From assembly GCA_964526235.1 (NCBI GenBank), contig CAZGLC010000031.1:1-24000 (forward strand): a DNA stretch of 24,000 nucleotides, given 5' to 3'. The notes under the pieces were generated by a model. The model was not told the DNA's origin. It did not search any database and saw nothing but the letters and a program-made list of their open reading frames with translations. Position numbers and translations under genes: made by a program. Source of the DNA: an uncultured Bifidobacteriaceae bacterium. GTDB lineage: Bacteria > Acidobacteriota > Vicinamibacteria > Vicinamibacterales > UBA2999. Of the stretch, positions 7,130 through 14,380 are shown one piece after another. Position 1 is the stretch's first letter. The number at the start of each line of letters is the position of its first letter.

Positions 7130-7165
7130 CCCGTGATCAGTAGCTGCCCTCTCGAATGTGACGCC

Positions 7166-8128
7166 TCACGAGTTGCGGAAGTAATCAATGACCTTGCCGA
7201 TGATCTCATCGAGTCCGACCTTGGGCTCGTAGCCGATCAACGCCTTCAATTTGGAGAGATCCGGCAGGCGGCGGGGCATGTCCTCGAATCCCGCCTCGTA
7301 CGCCTGGTCGTAGGGGATGAACTCGATCGGGGAGGAGCTTCCGGTCGCGGCCACGACCTTGGCCGCCAGGTCGCGGATCGAAATTTCGCCGACATTGCCG
7401 ATGTTGAACACCTGGCCCACGGCGCGCGGCTCGGACGCGAGCGCCACCAGCGCCTCGACGACGTCGCTGACGTCGGTGAAGCTGCGCGACTGGGTGCCGT
7501 CGCCGAAGACGGTGACGGGGTGGCCGGCCAGCGCCTGCCGCACGAACGTCGGCAGCACCATCCCGTACTGGCCCGTCTGCCGCGGCCCCACGGTGTTGAA
7601 GAGCCGCGCGATCACGACCGGCAGCTTCTTCTCCTTCCAGTAGGCGAGCGCGAGGAACTCGTCGATCAGCTTGCTGCACGCGTACGCCCACCGGTGCTTC
7701 ATCGACGGCCCGAGCACCACGTCGGCGCCCTCGCGGAACGGCACGTCGGCGCTTTTGCCGTACACCTCGGAGGTCGACGCGATCACCACGAGCTTCTTCT
7801 TCTTGTTCGCGTGCGTGAGCACGACCTCGGTGCCGTGCACGTTGGTCTCGATGGTGTGCACCGGCTGCTCGACGATCAGCTTGACGCCCACGGCGGCGGC
7901 GAGATGGAAGACGACGTCGCAGTGGTCGATCATCTCGGCGAGGAGCGGCTCGTTGGTGACCGAGTCGATGACGTAGGAGAAGCGCGTGTCGCCCTTGAGA
8001 TGCGCGATGTTGTCGATCGACCCGGTCGACAGGTTGTCGAGCACGCGCACTTCGTGCCCGCCCGCGAGCAGCCGTTCGGCCAGATGCGACCCGACGAAGC
8101 CCGCGCCGCCGGTGATGAAGGCCCTCAC
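7166..8128 (-). CDS. NAD-dependent nucleotide-sugar epimerase/dehydratase (extended SDR; UDP-glucuronate decarboxylase/4-epimerase-like)
   Basis: Real start is GTG 8126-8128 (VRAFITGGAGFVGSHLAERLL...), overlapping the upstream stop as GTGA. 320 aa. Contains the Rossmann motif TGGAGFVGSH, the catalytic STSEVYG and YACSK (YxxxK), and RLFNTVGPRQ. The first roughly 220 aa of track ORF 7166..8800 are out-of-frame read-through of the upstream gene. Confidence 0.9.
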   Translation of the reverse strand: MRAFITGGAGFVGSHLAERLLAGGHEVRVLDNLSTGSIDNIAHLKGDTRFSYVIDSVTNEPLLAEMIDHCDVVFHLAAAVGVKLIVEQPVHTIETNVHGTEVVLTHANKKKKLVVIASTSEVYGKSADVPFREGADVVLGPSMKHRWAYACSKLIDEFLALAYWKEKKLPVVIARLFNTVGPRQTGQYGMVLPTFVRQALAGHPVTVFGDGTQSRSFTDVSDVVEALVALASEPRAVGQVFNIGNVGEISIRDLAAKVVAATGSSSPIEFIPYDQAYEAGFEDMPRRLPDLSKLKALIGYEPKVGLDEIIGKVIDYFRNS

Positions 8129-9168
8129 AGCGCGCTCACCGGCGAATCGGCCGACGGCACGTAGTGCGGCAGGTGCGCCCGGTAGTACGCCAGCGTGCGC
8201 CGGAAGCCGTCGGCGAGCGGCACGGTCGGCTGCCAGCCGAGCGTGCCGCGGATGCGCGACGAGTCGGCGTAGAAGTCGCCGATGTCGATCGCCTTCTTTT
8301 CGGGCGGCCAGTCGACGAAGCGGTAGCGGCCGCTGCCGGCAACCGAGATCAGCAGCTCGACGAGATCGCGATGCGCGACCGGCTCGAGGCCGCCGACGTT
8401 GAAGACCTGGCCGTTCGAGGCGTCGGCCGCCCCGGCCCGCAGGAAGGCGTCGGCCGCGTCGTCGACGTACACGAAGTCGCGGCGCTGCGAGCCGTCGCCG
8501 TAGATCTGGATCTCGCGGCCTTCGAGCGCGAGGCGGATGAACCACGCGATGAAGCCCTGGCGGTTGTGCATGATGAGCTGGCGGGGCCCGTACACGTTCG
8601 TCAGGCGGAGCGAACAGGCACGGACGCCGAAGACATTGTTGTACAGCAGATGGTACGACTCGCCGGCCGCCTTGTTGATGCCGTTGATGTCGGTCGGCCG
8701 CACGAGGTGCTGCTCGGTCACCGGCAGGCTGTCGGGGCGGCCGTACACCTGGCGCGTGCCCGCGAAGACGACCTTCACGGCCGGATTGTAGCGGCGGCAC
8801 GCCTCCAGGATGAACAGCTGCGCCCGCGAGTTGATCTCGAGGTCGGTGTACGGGTCCTGCATGCTGTCGATGTGGCTGACCTGTCCCGCGAGGTTGAAGA
8901 TGACATCCTGGCCGCGCACCAGGTAGTTCATCGTGCTCTGCTGCCGCACGTCGGCGATGTTGACGCGGACGCGATCCTCGATCCCCGCGATGTTGAACAG
9001 GTTGCCGCCGTACTCGGAGATGAGCGAGTCGACGATGAGCACCCTGGCGCCGAGCGCCACGAGCTGGTGCGCCACCGTACTGCCGATGAAGCCGAGGCCG
9101 CCGGTGATCATGACGCGGCGGTCGCGGTAGAACGCGCGGTAGTCGTCTATCCCGGGTACGGCGGTCAT
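8125..9168 (-). CDS. Extended-SDR epimerase/dehydratase paralogue with non-canonical active site (Tyr of YxxxK replaced by Asn)
   Basis: 347-aa track ORF. Contains ITGGLGFIGSTVAHQL (Rossmann), VIFNLAGQVSH, AGTRQVYG and LRLTNVYGPRQ. At the YxxxK position the sequence is PTDINGINKAAGE, i.e. N-G-I-N-K. The ATG overlaps the upstream stop (ATGA at 9165-9168). Confidence 0.9.
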   Translation of the reverse strand: MTAVPGIDDYRAFYRDRRVMITGGLGFIGSTVAHQLVALGARVLIVDSLISEYGGNLFNIAGIEDRVRVNIADVRQQSTMNYLVRGQDVIFNLAGQVSHIDSMQDPYTDLEINSRAQLFILEACRRYNPAVKVVFAGTRQVYGRPDSLPVTEQHLVRPTDINGINKAAGESYHLLYNNVFGVRACSLRLTNVYGPRQLIMHNRQGFIAWFIRLALEGREIQIYGDGSQRRDFVYVDDAADAFLRAGAADASNGQVFNVGGLEPVAHRDLVELLISVAGSGRYRFVDWPPEKKAIDIGDFYADSSRIRGTLGWQPTVPLADGFRRTLAYYRAHLPHYVPSADSPVSAL

Positions 9169-9965
9169 CGCTCCAGCGAGTCGGGCGGCACCGCGCGGCC
9201 GATGGTCGGGTTGCGGAACAGCACCGGCGTGTTCTGCCGGCCGCGGCCGAGGACGACGAGGTGCACCCAGAGCTTGAGCACGTCGATCCCGGTCCAGAAG
9301 ACGCGGCGGAAGTTGAAGAACTGCGAGCGCCCGTGCGTGCGGTGGTAATGATGGACGGGGACTTCCACGACCTGGAATCCGGCGTCCTGAATCTTGCGCA
9401 TCATCTCGAGGCAGATGACGCCCGTGTCGCGCTCCAGCTTCACGCGGTTGAACACGTCGCGCCGGAGAAGCCGGAAGTCGCAGTCAACGTCGCGCACATG
9501 CAGCCGGAACAGGAACTTCACCGTGTGGTGATAGATGCGCCCGATGATGACGCGGTGCAGCGGATCCGCACGGCTGATCTTGTAGCCGTTCACCACGTCG
9601 ACGTCGGGCGTCAGCCGCTTCCACAGCACCTCGAGCTCCGCCGGGTCGTACTGCGCGTCGCCGTCGGTGTACGCGATCAGGTCCTTCGTGGCGGCGGCGA
9701 AGCCGGTGCGCAGCGCCCCGCCGTAGCCGAGGTTGCGTGCGTGGTGAATCGCGCGCACGCGTGGATAGGTGCGCGCGAGCTCGTCGGCAATCTCGCGCGT
9801 GGCGTCGACGCTGCCGTCGTTGACGACGATCACCTCGAAGTCGGCCGTGAGCTGCGATGCGATCTGGACGGTGCGGATCACCAGGCTCGCAATCGTCCCG
9901 CCGTCGTTGTAGGCGGGAAAGAAGACACTCAGACTGGGCCGCCGGGACTCCTCGCGCATCTGCAT
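9165..9965 (-). CDS. Glycosyltransferase family 2 (polyprenyl-phosphate sugar synthase-like)
   Basis: Start is ATG 9963-9965 (MQMREESRRPSLSVFFPAYNDGGTI...EVIVVNDGSVDAT...NLGYGGALRTGF...AYTDGDAQYDP...DVDCDFRLLRR), 266 aa, with GT-A fold motifs including the DxD (DGD). The upstream 280 aa of track ORF 9165..10811 are out-of-frame read-through. Confidence 0.85.
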   Translation of the reverse strand: MQMREESRRPSLSVFFPAYNDGGTIASLVIRTVQIASQLTADFEVIVVNDGSVDATREIADELARTYPRVRAIHHARNLGYGGALRTGFAAATKDLIAYTDGDAQYDPAELEVLWKRLTPDVDVVNGYKISRADPLHRVIIGRIYHHTVKFLFRLHVRDVDCDFRLLRRDVFNRVKLERDTGVICLEMMRKIQDAGFQVVEVPVHHYHRTHGRSQFFNFRRVFWTGIDVLKLWVHLVVLGRGRQNTPVLFRNPTIGRAVPPDSLER

Positions 9966-10018
9966 GTGGAAGACGGACGATCGTAGCCCGGAAGGGATTG
10001 CGGCGACAACCGACGGCG

Positions 10019-10735
10019 TCACCGGCCGGACCCGCGCCGCGCAAGGCGCCACGGCAGCACCGCCGACTCGATGATCGCGCCCGTCGAGAGCTTCGAGGCG
10101 CCGTGCCGCCGCTCCACGAAGGTGATCGGCACTTCGGCGATCCGGCAGCCGGCCGATGCGGCTTCCCAGACCGTTTCGACGAGAAACGCGTAGCCGTCCG
10201 ACGCGATGCGGTCGAGCGGCAGGCGCTCGACCGCCTCCCGGCGCCAGCAGCGGAACCCGCTCGTGCAGTCCTGGATGCGGAGTCCGGTAATCGTGCGCAC
10301 GTAGCGGTTCGCAAAGCTGCTCAGGAGCAGGCGCCGCCGCGGCCAGTTCTCGATCCGGCCGCCCGCAACGTAGCGCGAACCGATCACCAGATCGGCGCCC
10401 GCGATCTGCTCCAGCAGGCGCGGCACGTCGGCCGGATTGTGCGAGAGATCGGCGTCCATCTGACAGATGGCCGTCGCGTCGGTCCCGAGCGCCCGACGGA
10501 TGCCGTCGACGTACGACCGGCCGAGGCCGCGGACGCCCGTCCGGTGCAGCACCGACATGCGCCCGCCGATGCTCCGCTCCAGAGCGTCTGCGACCGCGCC
10601 CGTTCCGTCCGGCGACGCGTCGTCCACGACGAGGATGCGCAGATCGGGCACGCGCAGCAGCGATTCGACGACGAGCGGCAGGTTGTCGCGCTCGTTGTAG
10701 GTCGGGATGACGACGATCGGTCGTATCACTGTCAC
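10019..10735 (-). CDS. Polyprenol-phosphate mannose synthase (Ppm1/DPM1-like GT2)
   Basis: VTVIRPIVVIPTYNERDNLPLVVESLL...LRILVVDDASPDGTG...HRTGVRGLGRSYVDG...CQMDADLSHNP...VIGSRYVAGGRIENWPRRR..LS..AN...DCTSGFRCWRRE...DGYAFLVE...EVPITFVERRHGASKLS matches the Ppm1/DPM1 family along its whole length. Proposed start is GTG 10733-10735, overlapping the upstream stop (GTGA). An alternative GTG lies at 10727-10729. Confidence 0.85.
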   Translation of the reverse strand: MTVIRPIVVIPTYNERDNLPLVVESLLRVPDLRILVVDDASPDGTGAVADALERSIGGRMSVLHRTGVRGLGRSYVDGIRRALGTDATAICQMDADLSHNPADVPRLLEQIAGADLVIGSRYVAGGRIENWPRRRLLLSSFANRYVRTITGLRIQDCTSGFRCWRREAVERLPLDRIASDGYAFLVETVWEAASAGCRIAEVPITFVERRHGASKLSTGAIIESAVLPWRLARRGSGR

Positions 10736-11598
10736 CGGTCCGAGCCGCGTTCGAAGCGGAGCGATGCCACCTGTTCGGACACGAGCCCGACGAGGAACAC
10801 GAGTGCCGCAAACAGAATCAGGACGACGGCGCCGTTGGGAATGCGGCCATGGGCGACGGCATTCCAGACGCCGTACAGCACCCCGACGAGGAGCGACACG
10901 AGACTGACCGGCAGGAAGATGCGGAGCGGACTGAACAGCGTGACGATCTTCACCGCGATGAGCAGAAATGTCGCGCCGTCGCGCGTGAAGTGGATTTTCG
11001 AGCGGCCGACCCGCGGCGCCGTGCCGACCGGCTCGAACGCGACGCTGTACCCCGCCCGGATGAAGGCGAGTGTGGTCGTCGTCGGCGTGGAGAAGCCGTT
11101 GGGCAGCAGGTGAAGGAACTCCCGGAGGCACTCGCGCCGCGCCGCGCGAAAGCCGGAGGTCAGATCGGGAATCGCGCGGCCCGTCAGGTAACTCGCGAGC
11201 GCATTGAGCAGCGCATTGCCGGCGCGGCGGCCGATCGAGGCGTGGGCCGCCGCCGCCCGCGCCCCGACGACCAGGTCGTATTCACCCAGCCGCCCGGTCA
11301 GGCGCAGCGCGTCCTCGGGCGGATGCTGGCCGTCGCCGTCGATGATCAGCACGAATTCGCCCGCGGCCTGCCGGACGCCGCTCTTGACGGCGGCGCCGTT
11401 GCCCTTTGTATAGGGGTGGCGGACCACGCAGGCGCCGGCGCCCCGCGCCAGGTCCGCGGTCCCGTCCCGCGACCCGTCGTCGACCACGAGCACTTCGCGC
11501 CAGGGCGCCGCGGCGCGCAGGCGCGTCACGACGGCCGCAATCGTCGCGGCTTCGTCGAGCGCGGGGATCACGACTGAGACGAGTGATGGGTCAGCCAA
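10732..11598 (-). CDS. GT2 glycosyltransferase with two C-terminal TM helices (GtrB/ArnC-like polyprenyl-phosphate glycosyltransferase)
   Basis: The core SLVSVVIPALDEAATI...VLVVDDGSRDGT...KGNGAAVKSG...VLIIDGDGQHPPED...LTSGFRAARRE is followed by two hydrophobic helices (FLLIAVKIVTLFSPLRIFLPVSLVSLLVGVLYGV; AVVLILFAALVFLVGLVSE), as in GtrB/ArnC. Start is uncertain: TTG 11596-11598 (8-nt overlap with the upstream gene) is preferred over the far-upstream ATG 11718. Confidence 0.8.
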   Translation of the reverse strand: MADPSLVSVVIPALDEAATIAAVVTRLRAAAPWREVLVVDDGSRDGTADLARGAGACVVRHPYTKGNGAAVKSGVRQAAGEFVLIIDGDGQHPPEDALRLTGRLGEYDLVVGARAAAAHASIGRRAGNALLNALASYLTGRAIPDLTSGFRAARRECLREFLHLLPNGFSTPTTTTLAFIRAGYSVAFEPVGTAPRVGRSKIHFTRDGATFLLIAVKIVTLFSPLRIFLPVSLVSLLVGVLYGVWNAVAHGRIPNGAVVLILFAALVFLVGLVSEQVASLRFERGSDR

Positions 11599-12643
11599 CC
11601 AGCTGCTCCACGACACCGTCCCACGACACCTGCTCGGCACGGGCGCGGCCGCGCTCGCCGAGCCGGCGCGCCAGCGAGCGATCCGCGGCGAGGCACGCGA
11701 CGGCGGCGCCGATGGCATCCGGCTCCGGGGCGCAAATCAAGCCGTTCTCACCGTCGCGGACGAACTCGAGCGTGCCGCCCGAGTCGGTGGCGGTGACGAC
11801 AGGCTTGCCGCTCAGGAACGCCTCCAGCGTCACGTACCCATAGTCTTCGTCGAACGGAGTGTAGACGACGGCGAGCGCCCCGGCGTACAGCTCCACCAGC
11901 GCATCCCCCGTAGGACTGCCCGCGAACACCACGCGGTCCGCGACGCCCGCATCCGCCGCCGCCTGCTCGGCGACATGGCGCTGCGATCCGTCGCCGACGA
12001 CGATGAGGCGAAGCGGCGGCGGCACATGGTGCATCGCGCGAATCGCGAGGCCGGCTCGCTTCACCGCCTCGAGGCGGCCGACCACCAGCACGTAGTCGCC
12101 GTACTCGCCGCCGTGCAGGCGCCCCGCGAGCGGGGGCGGATGGTACAGCGGCTGCGCCGTGACGCCGTTGAACGTCTCGAGGCGGCGGGCGGTGTTCTGT
12201 GCATTCGCGAACACGCGGCGGCACTCGTCGAGGACGCGGCGATCGAGCTCGATGAGCCGCCGCCGCAGCCCCACGTCGGCCTCCGTGTGATCGAAGTCGC
12301 TGTAGGGTGTGCCGCACAGCTCGTACGCCGCGCGGTGCTGATGGATGATCCAGGCGACCTTGCGCGGGTGGCGCGCGAAATAGCTTGGAAAGCGCGTGGC
12401 GATCAGCAGATCGACCGGCTGCGCATTGCTCGTCGAGAGATCGAGGAGGCGCCACGCCGCCGCCTGCGCGAGGAGCTCCGATGTGGGATGCGGCCGGAAC
12501 GGCACGGCCACCTTGTCCACGTCGTAGCCGCGGCGCCGGAGCTGCTCGATGAGCCCCCTGACGTGCAGCTCCGCGCCCCCTTCGACGAAGGGGACCTGCG
12601 CGTCGGCGACGACGATGCGGCGGACAGGCGTGTCAGGTGGCAA
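11591..12643 (-). CDS. Glycosyltransferase family 4 (GT-B, GT1-type)
   Basis: RRIVVADAQVPFVEGGAELHVRGLIEQLRRRGYDV ... VVGRLEAVKR ... LIVVGDGSQR ... LYAGALAVVYTPFDEDYGYVTLEAFLSGKPVVTATDSGGTLEFVRDGENG carries the E-x7-E motif of retaining GT4 enzymes. Start is uncertain: TTG 12641-12643 (11-nt overlap with ychF) or ATG 12709 (77-nt overlap). Confidence 0.85.
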   Translation of the reverse strand: MPPDTPVRRIVVADAQVPFVEGGAELHVRGLIEQLRRRGYDVDKVAVPFRPHPTSELLAQAAAWRLLDLSTSNAQPVDLLIATRFPSYFARHPRKVAWIIHQHRAAYELCGTPYSDFDHTEADVGLRRRLIELDRRVLDECRRVFANAQNTARRLETFNGVTAQPLYHPPPLAGRLHGGEYGDYVLVVGRLEAVKRAGLAIRAMHHVPPPLRLIVVGDGSQRHVAEQAAADAGVADRVVFAGSPTGDALVELYAGALAVVYTPFDEDYGYVTLEAFLSGKPVVTATDSGGTLEFVRDGENGLICAPEPDAIGAAVACLAADRSLARRLGERGRARAEQVSWDGVVEQLVG

Positions 12644-13721
12644 ACCGGAAATTGATGATATCTCCGTCCTGGATGACGTACTCCTTGCCTTCGAGCCGCA
12701 CCTCTCCATGCTCCCGGCACGCGGTCATCGATCCGCGCGCGACGAGCGCGTCGTACGGCACCACCTCGGCGCGGATGAACCCGCGCTGGATGTCGGTGTG
12801 GATCTCGCCCGCGGCGGCCTGCGCGTGGGTGCCGCGCGCGATCGACCAGGCGCGGCATTCGTCCTCGCCGACGGTGAAGAACGACATGTAGCCGAGCAGG
12901 TCGTACGTGGCGCGGATCACCCGGTCGAGGCCTGAGTCGGCCAGACCGAGGTCGGCCAGGAACGCCGCTGCCTCGCCGGCCTCGAGCTGCGCGATTTCGA
13001 GCTCGATCGTCGCGCAGAGCGCCACCGCCCGCGTCGCCGCGCGCGCGAGGAATGTCGTCAGCCCGGTGTGCGCCGCCGCCCGGTCGACGCTCGCGCCGAT
13101 CGAGGCCACGTCGCCCTCCTCCAGATTGATGACGAGCAGCAGCGGCTTGGCCGAGAGGAACTGGAATCCGCGCAGCCGCTTGCGGTCGTCGCCCGTCAGC
13201 TCCAGCGCGCGCAGCGGCCGGCCCTCTTCGAGCGCTGCGCGGCACCGCTGCACCAGATCGCGCTCCAGTTTGAGCTCCGGGGTCTGGGTTTTCTTGATGT
13301 CCTTCTCGAGGCGCTCGAGCCGGCGCTCGGCGACGCCGAGGTCGGCCAGAAGCAGTTCGTCGTCCATCGCCCGCGCGTCGCGCGCCGGATCGACCGAGCC
13401 CGAGGGATGCGGCACCGCAGGACTCGCGAACGCGCGCACCACGTGGACAAGGGCGTCGGCGTTCTTGTAGCCGGCGACGTCGACCAGGGCCTGGGCGCCG
13501 GTACGCGCGGGCGCGATCAGATCGGTGAATTCAACGGTCGCCGGCACCCGCTTCTGCGGGTTGTACATCGCCGTCAACACGTCGAGGCGCGGGTCGGGCA
13601 CTTTCGAAATGCCGATGCTGACGTCCCCTTTCCCCCGGGGCGCCTCCTTCACGCTGGTCATGAGCTGAAACAGGGTCGACTTGCCGCTCGAGGGAAAGCC
13701 AATCAGCGCCGCGCGAAGCAT
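12633..13721 (-). CDS. ychF: Redox-regulated ATPase YchF (Obg-like GTPase family)
   Basis: MLRAALIGFPSSGKSTLF (G1), the coiled-coil insert, then the C-terminal TGS region GYMSFFTVGEDECRAWSIARGTHAQAAAGEIHTDIQRGFIRAEVV...GKEYVIQDGDIINFRF. ATG 13719-13721 is preferred over the GTG at 13739 used by the track. Confidence 0.92.
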   Translation of the reverse strand: MLRAALIGFPSSGKSTLFQLMTSVKEAPRGKGDVSIGISKVPDPRLDVLTAMYNPQKRVPATVEFTDLIAPARTGAQALVDVAGYKNADALVHVVRAFASPAVPHPSGSVDPARDARAMDDELLLADLGVAERRLERLEKDIKKTQTPELKLERDLVQRCRAALEEGRPLRALELTGDDRKRLRGFQFLSAKPLLLVINLEEGDVASIGASVDRAAAHTGLTTFLARAATRAVALCATIELEIAQLEAGEAAAFLADLGLADSGLDRVIRATYDLLGYMSFFTVGEDECRAWSIARGTHAQAAAGEIHTDIQRGFIRAEVVPYDALVARGSMTACREHGEVRLEGKEYVIQDGDIINFRFAT

Positions 13722-13755
13722 GAATTCGCAGCCTAGCACGCCACCTTGAGTCGTC

Positions 13756-13803
13756 TCGTACAGGGGTCAGACCCTGGTGACGGGTCGTACAGGGGTCTGA
13801 CCC
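13756..13803. promoter_or_regulatory. Two 19-nt direct repeats, each with a 13-bp palindromic core GGGGTC-N-GACCC(C); candidate operator in the ychF/mraZ divergent region
   Basis: tcgtacaggggtcagaccc (13756-13774) and tcgtacaggggtctgaccc (13785-13803) match at 18 of 19 positions, with a 29-bp offset. Each core is a palindrome with a 1-nt centre, too tight for an RNA hairpin. This favours a dimeric DNA-binding protein site. Confidence 0.45.
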
Positions 13804-13861
13804 CCTATCGAAACACAGGCGAAAGTTTGGCGTAACTTCAGATGTGTGAGTGAGTTATCGG

Positions 13862-13891
13862 TTGACATCGTTCTCGCCGGAGACTTACTAT
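13862..13891 (+). promoter_or_regulatory. Candidate sigma70-type promoter of the dcw operon (Pmra)
   Basis: -35 TTGACA (13862-13867), an 18-nt spacer, then -10 TACTAT (13886-13891, 4 of 6 matches to TATAAT). It lies immediately upstream of the GTGGA repeats and of the proposed mraZ start. Confidence 0.5.
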
Positions 13892-13895
13892 CCGG

Positions 13896-13920
13896 GTGGA
13901 TTTTTGTGGAGCAAAGTGGA
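13896..13920 (+). promoter_or_regulatory. MraZ operator: three GTGGA direct repeats at exact 10-bp spacing
   Basis: GTGGA at 13896-13900, 13906-13910 and 13916-13920 (gGTGGAtttttGTGGAgcaaaGTGGAg). This mirrors the known E. coli arrangement of three GTGGG repeats with 10-bp periodicity next to Pmra that MraZ binds. Confidence 0.6.
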
Positions 13921-14368
13921 GAAAAGAGGCCTGAGAGGCAGCTCCACGGCCCGTATCGACGAGAAGGGCCGGCTGAAGGTGCCAACGATGTTTCGGGGGA
14001 TCATTCAGGACCAGCAGGGGCCCGACGTCTTCGTGACGAGCCTCACGGGGGAGTGCGTCCGGATCTATCCGCTGCCGACGTGGCTCGCGATCGAACAGAA
14101 GCTGCTGCAGATGCCGGCCAATCTCCCGTCGCGCCTCAAGTTCCTCGATCGCGTGAACTACTACGGCCAGACCGGCGAGCTCGACGCGCAGGGGCGCGTC
14201 GTCATCCCGGCGCACCTGCGCGAGAGCGCCGCGATCGTCGGCGACGTACGCGTCTTCGGGCGCATCGACTATCTCGAAGTCTGGAACGAGGAGCGCTTCC
14301 TCCAGAAGCTCCAGCGCGAGCCGTGGACCGACGACGATGGCCTCGGCCTCGCCGAACACGGGATCTGA
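13916..14368 (+). CDS. mraZ: Transcriptional regulator MraZ
   Basis: Two SpoVT/AbrB-like halves with the DxxGR motifs (RIDEKGRLKVPTMFR and ELDAQGRVVIPAHLR). Proposed start is GTG 13916, with GGAG 4 nt upstream, giving 150 aa. That is family-typical length. The track ORF starts at GTG 13850 but would include the promoter. Confidence 0.9.
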   Translation: MEKRGLRGSSTARIDEKGRLKVPTMFRGIIQDQQGPDVFVTSLTGECVRIYPLPTWLAIEQKLLQMPANLPSRLKFLDRVNYYGQTGELDAQGRVVIPAHLRESAAIVGDVRVFGRIDYLEVWNEERFLQKLQREPWTDDDGLGLAEHGI

Positions 14369-14380
14369 TTTGGTTGCGTC

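Noticed and set aside
7013-13736. Long plus-strand ORFs opposite the glycosylation operon and ychF (7013..8164, 8164..9348, 9261..9986, 9857..11113, 10849..11577, 11975..12655, 13068..13736)
   Set aside because: Same shadow-ORF composition. The minus strand carries SDR, GT2, GT4 and YchF sequences with complete motifs.
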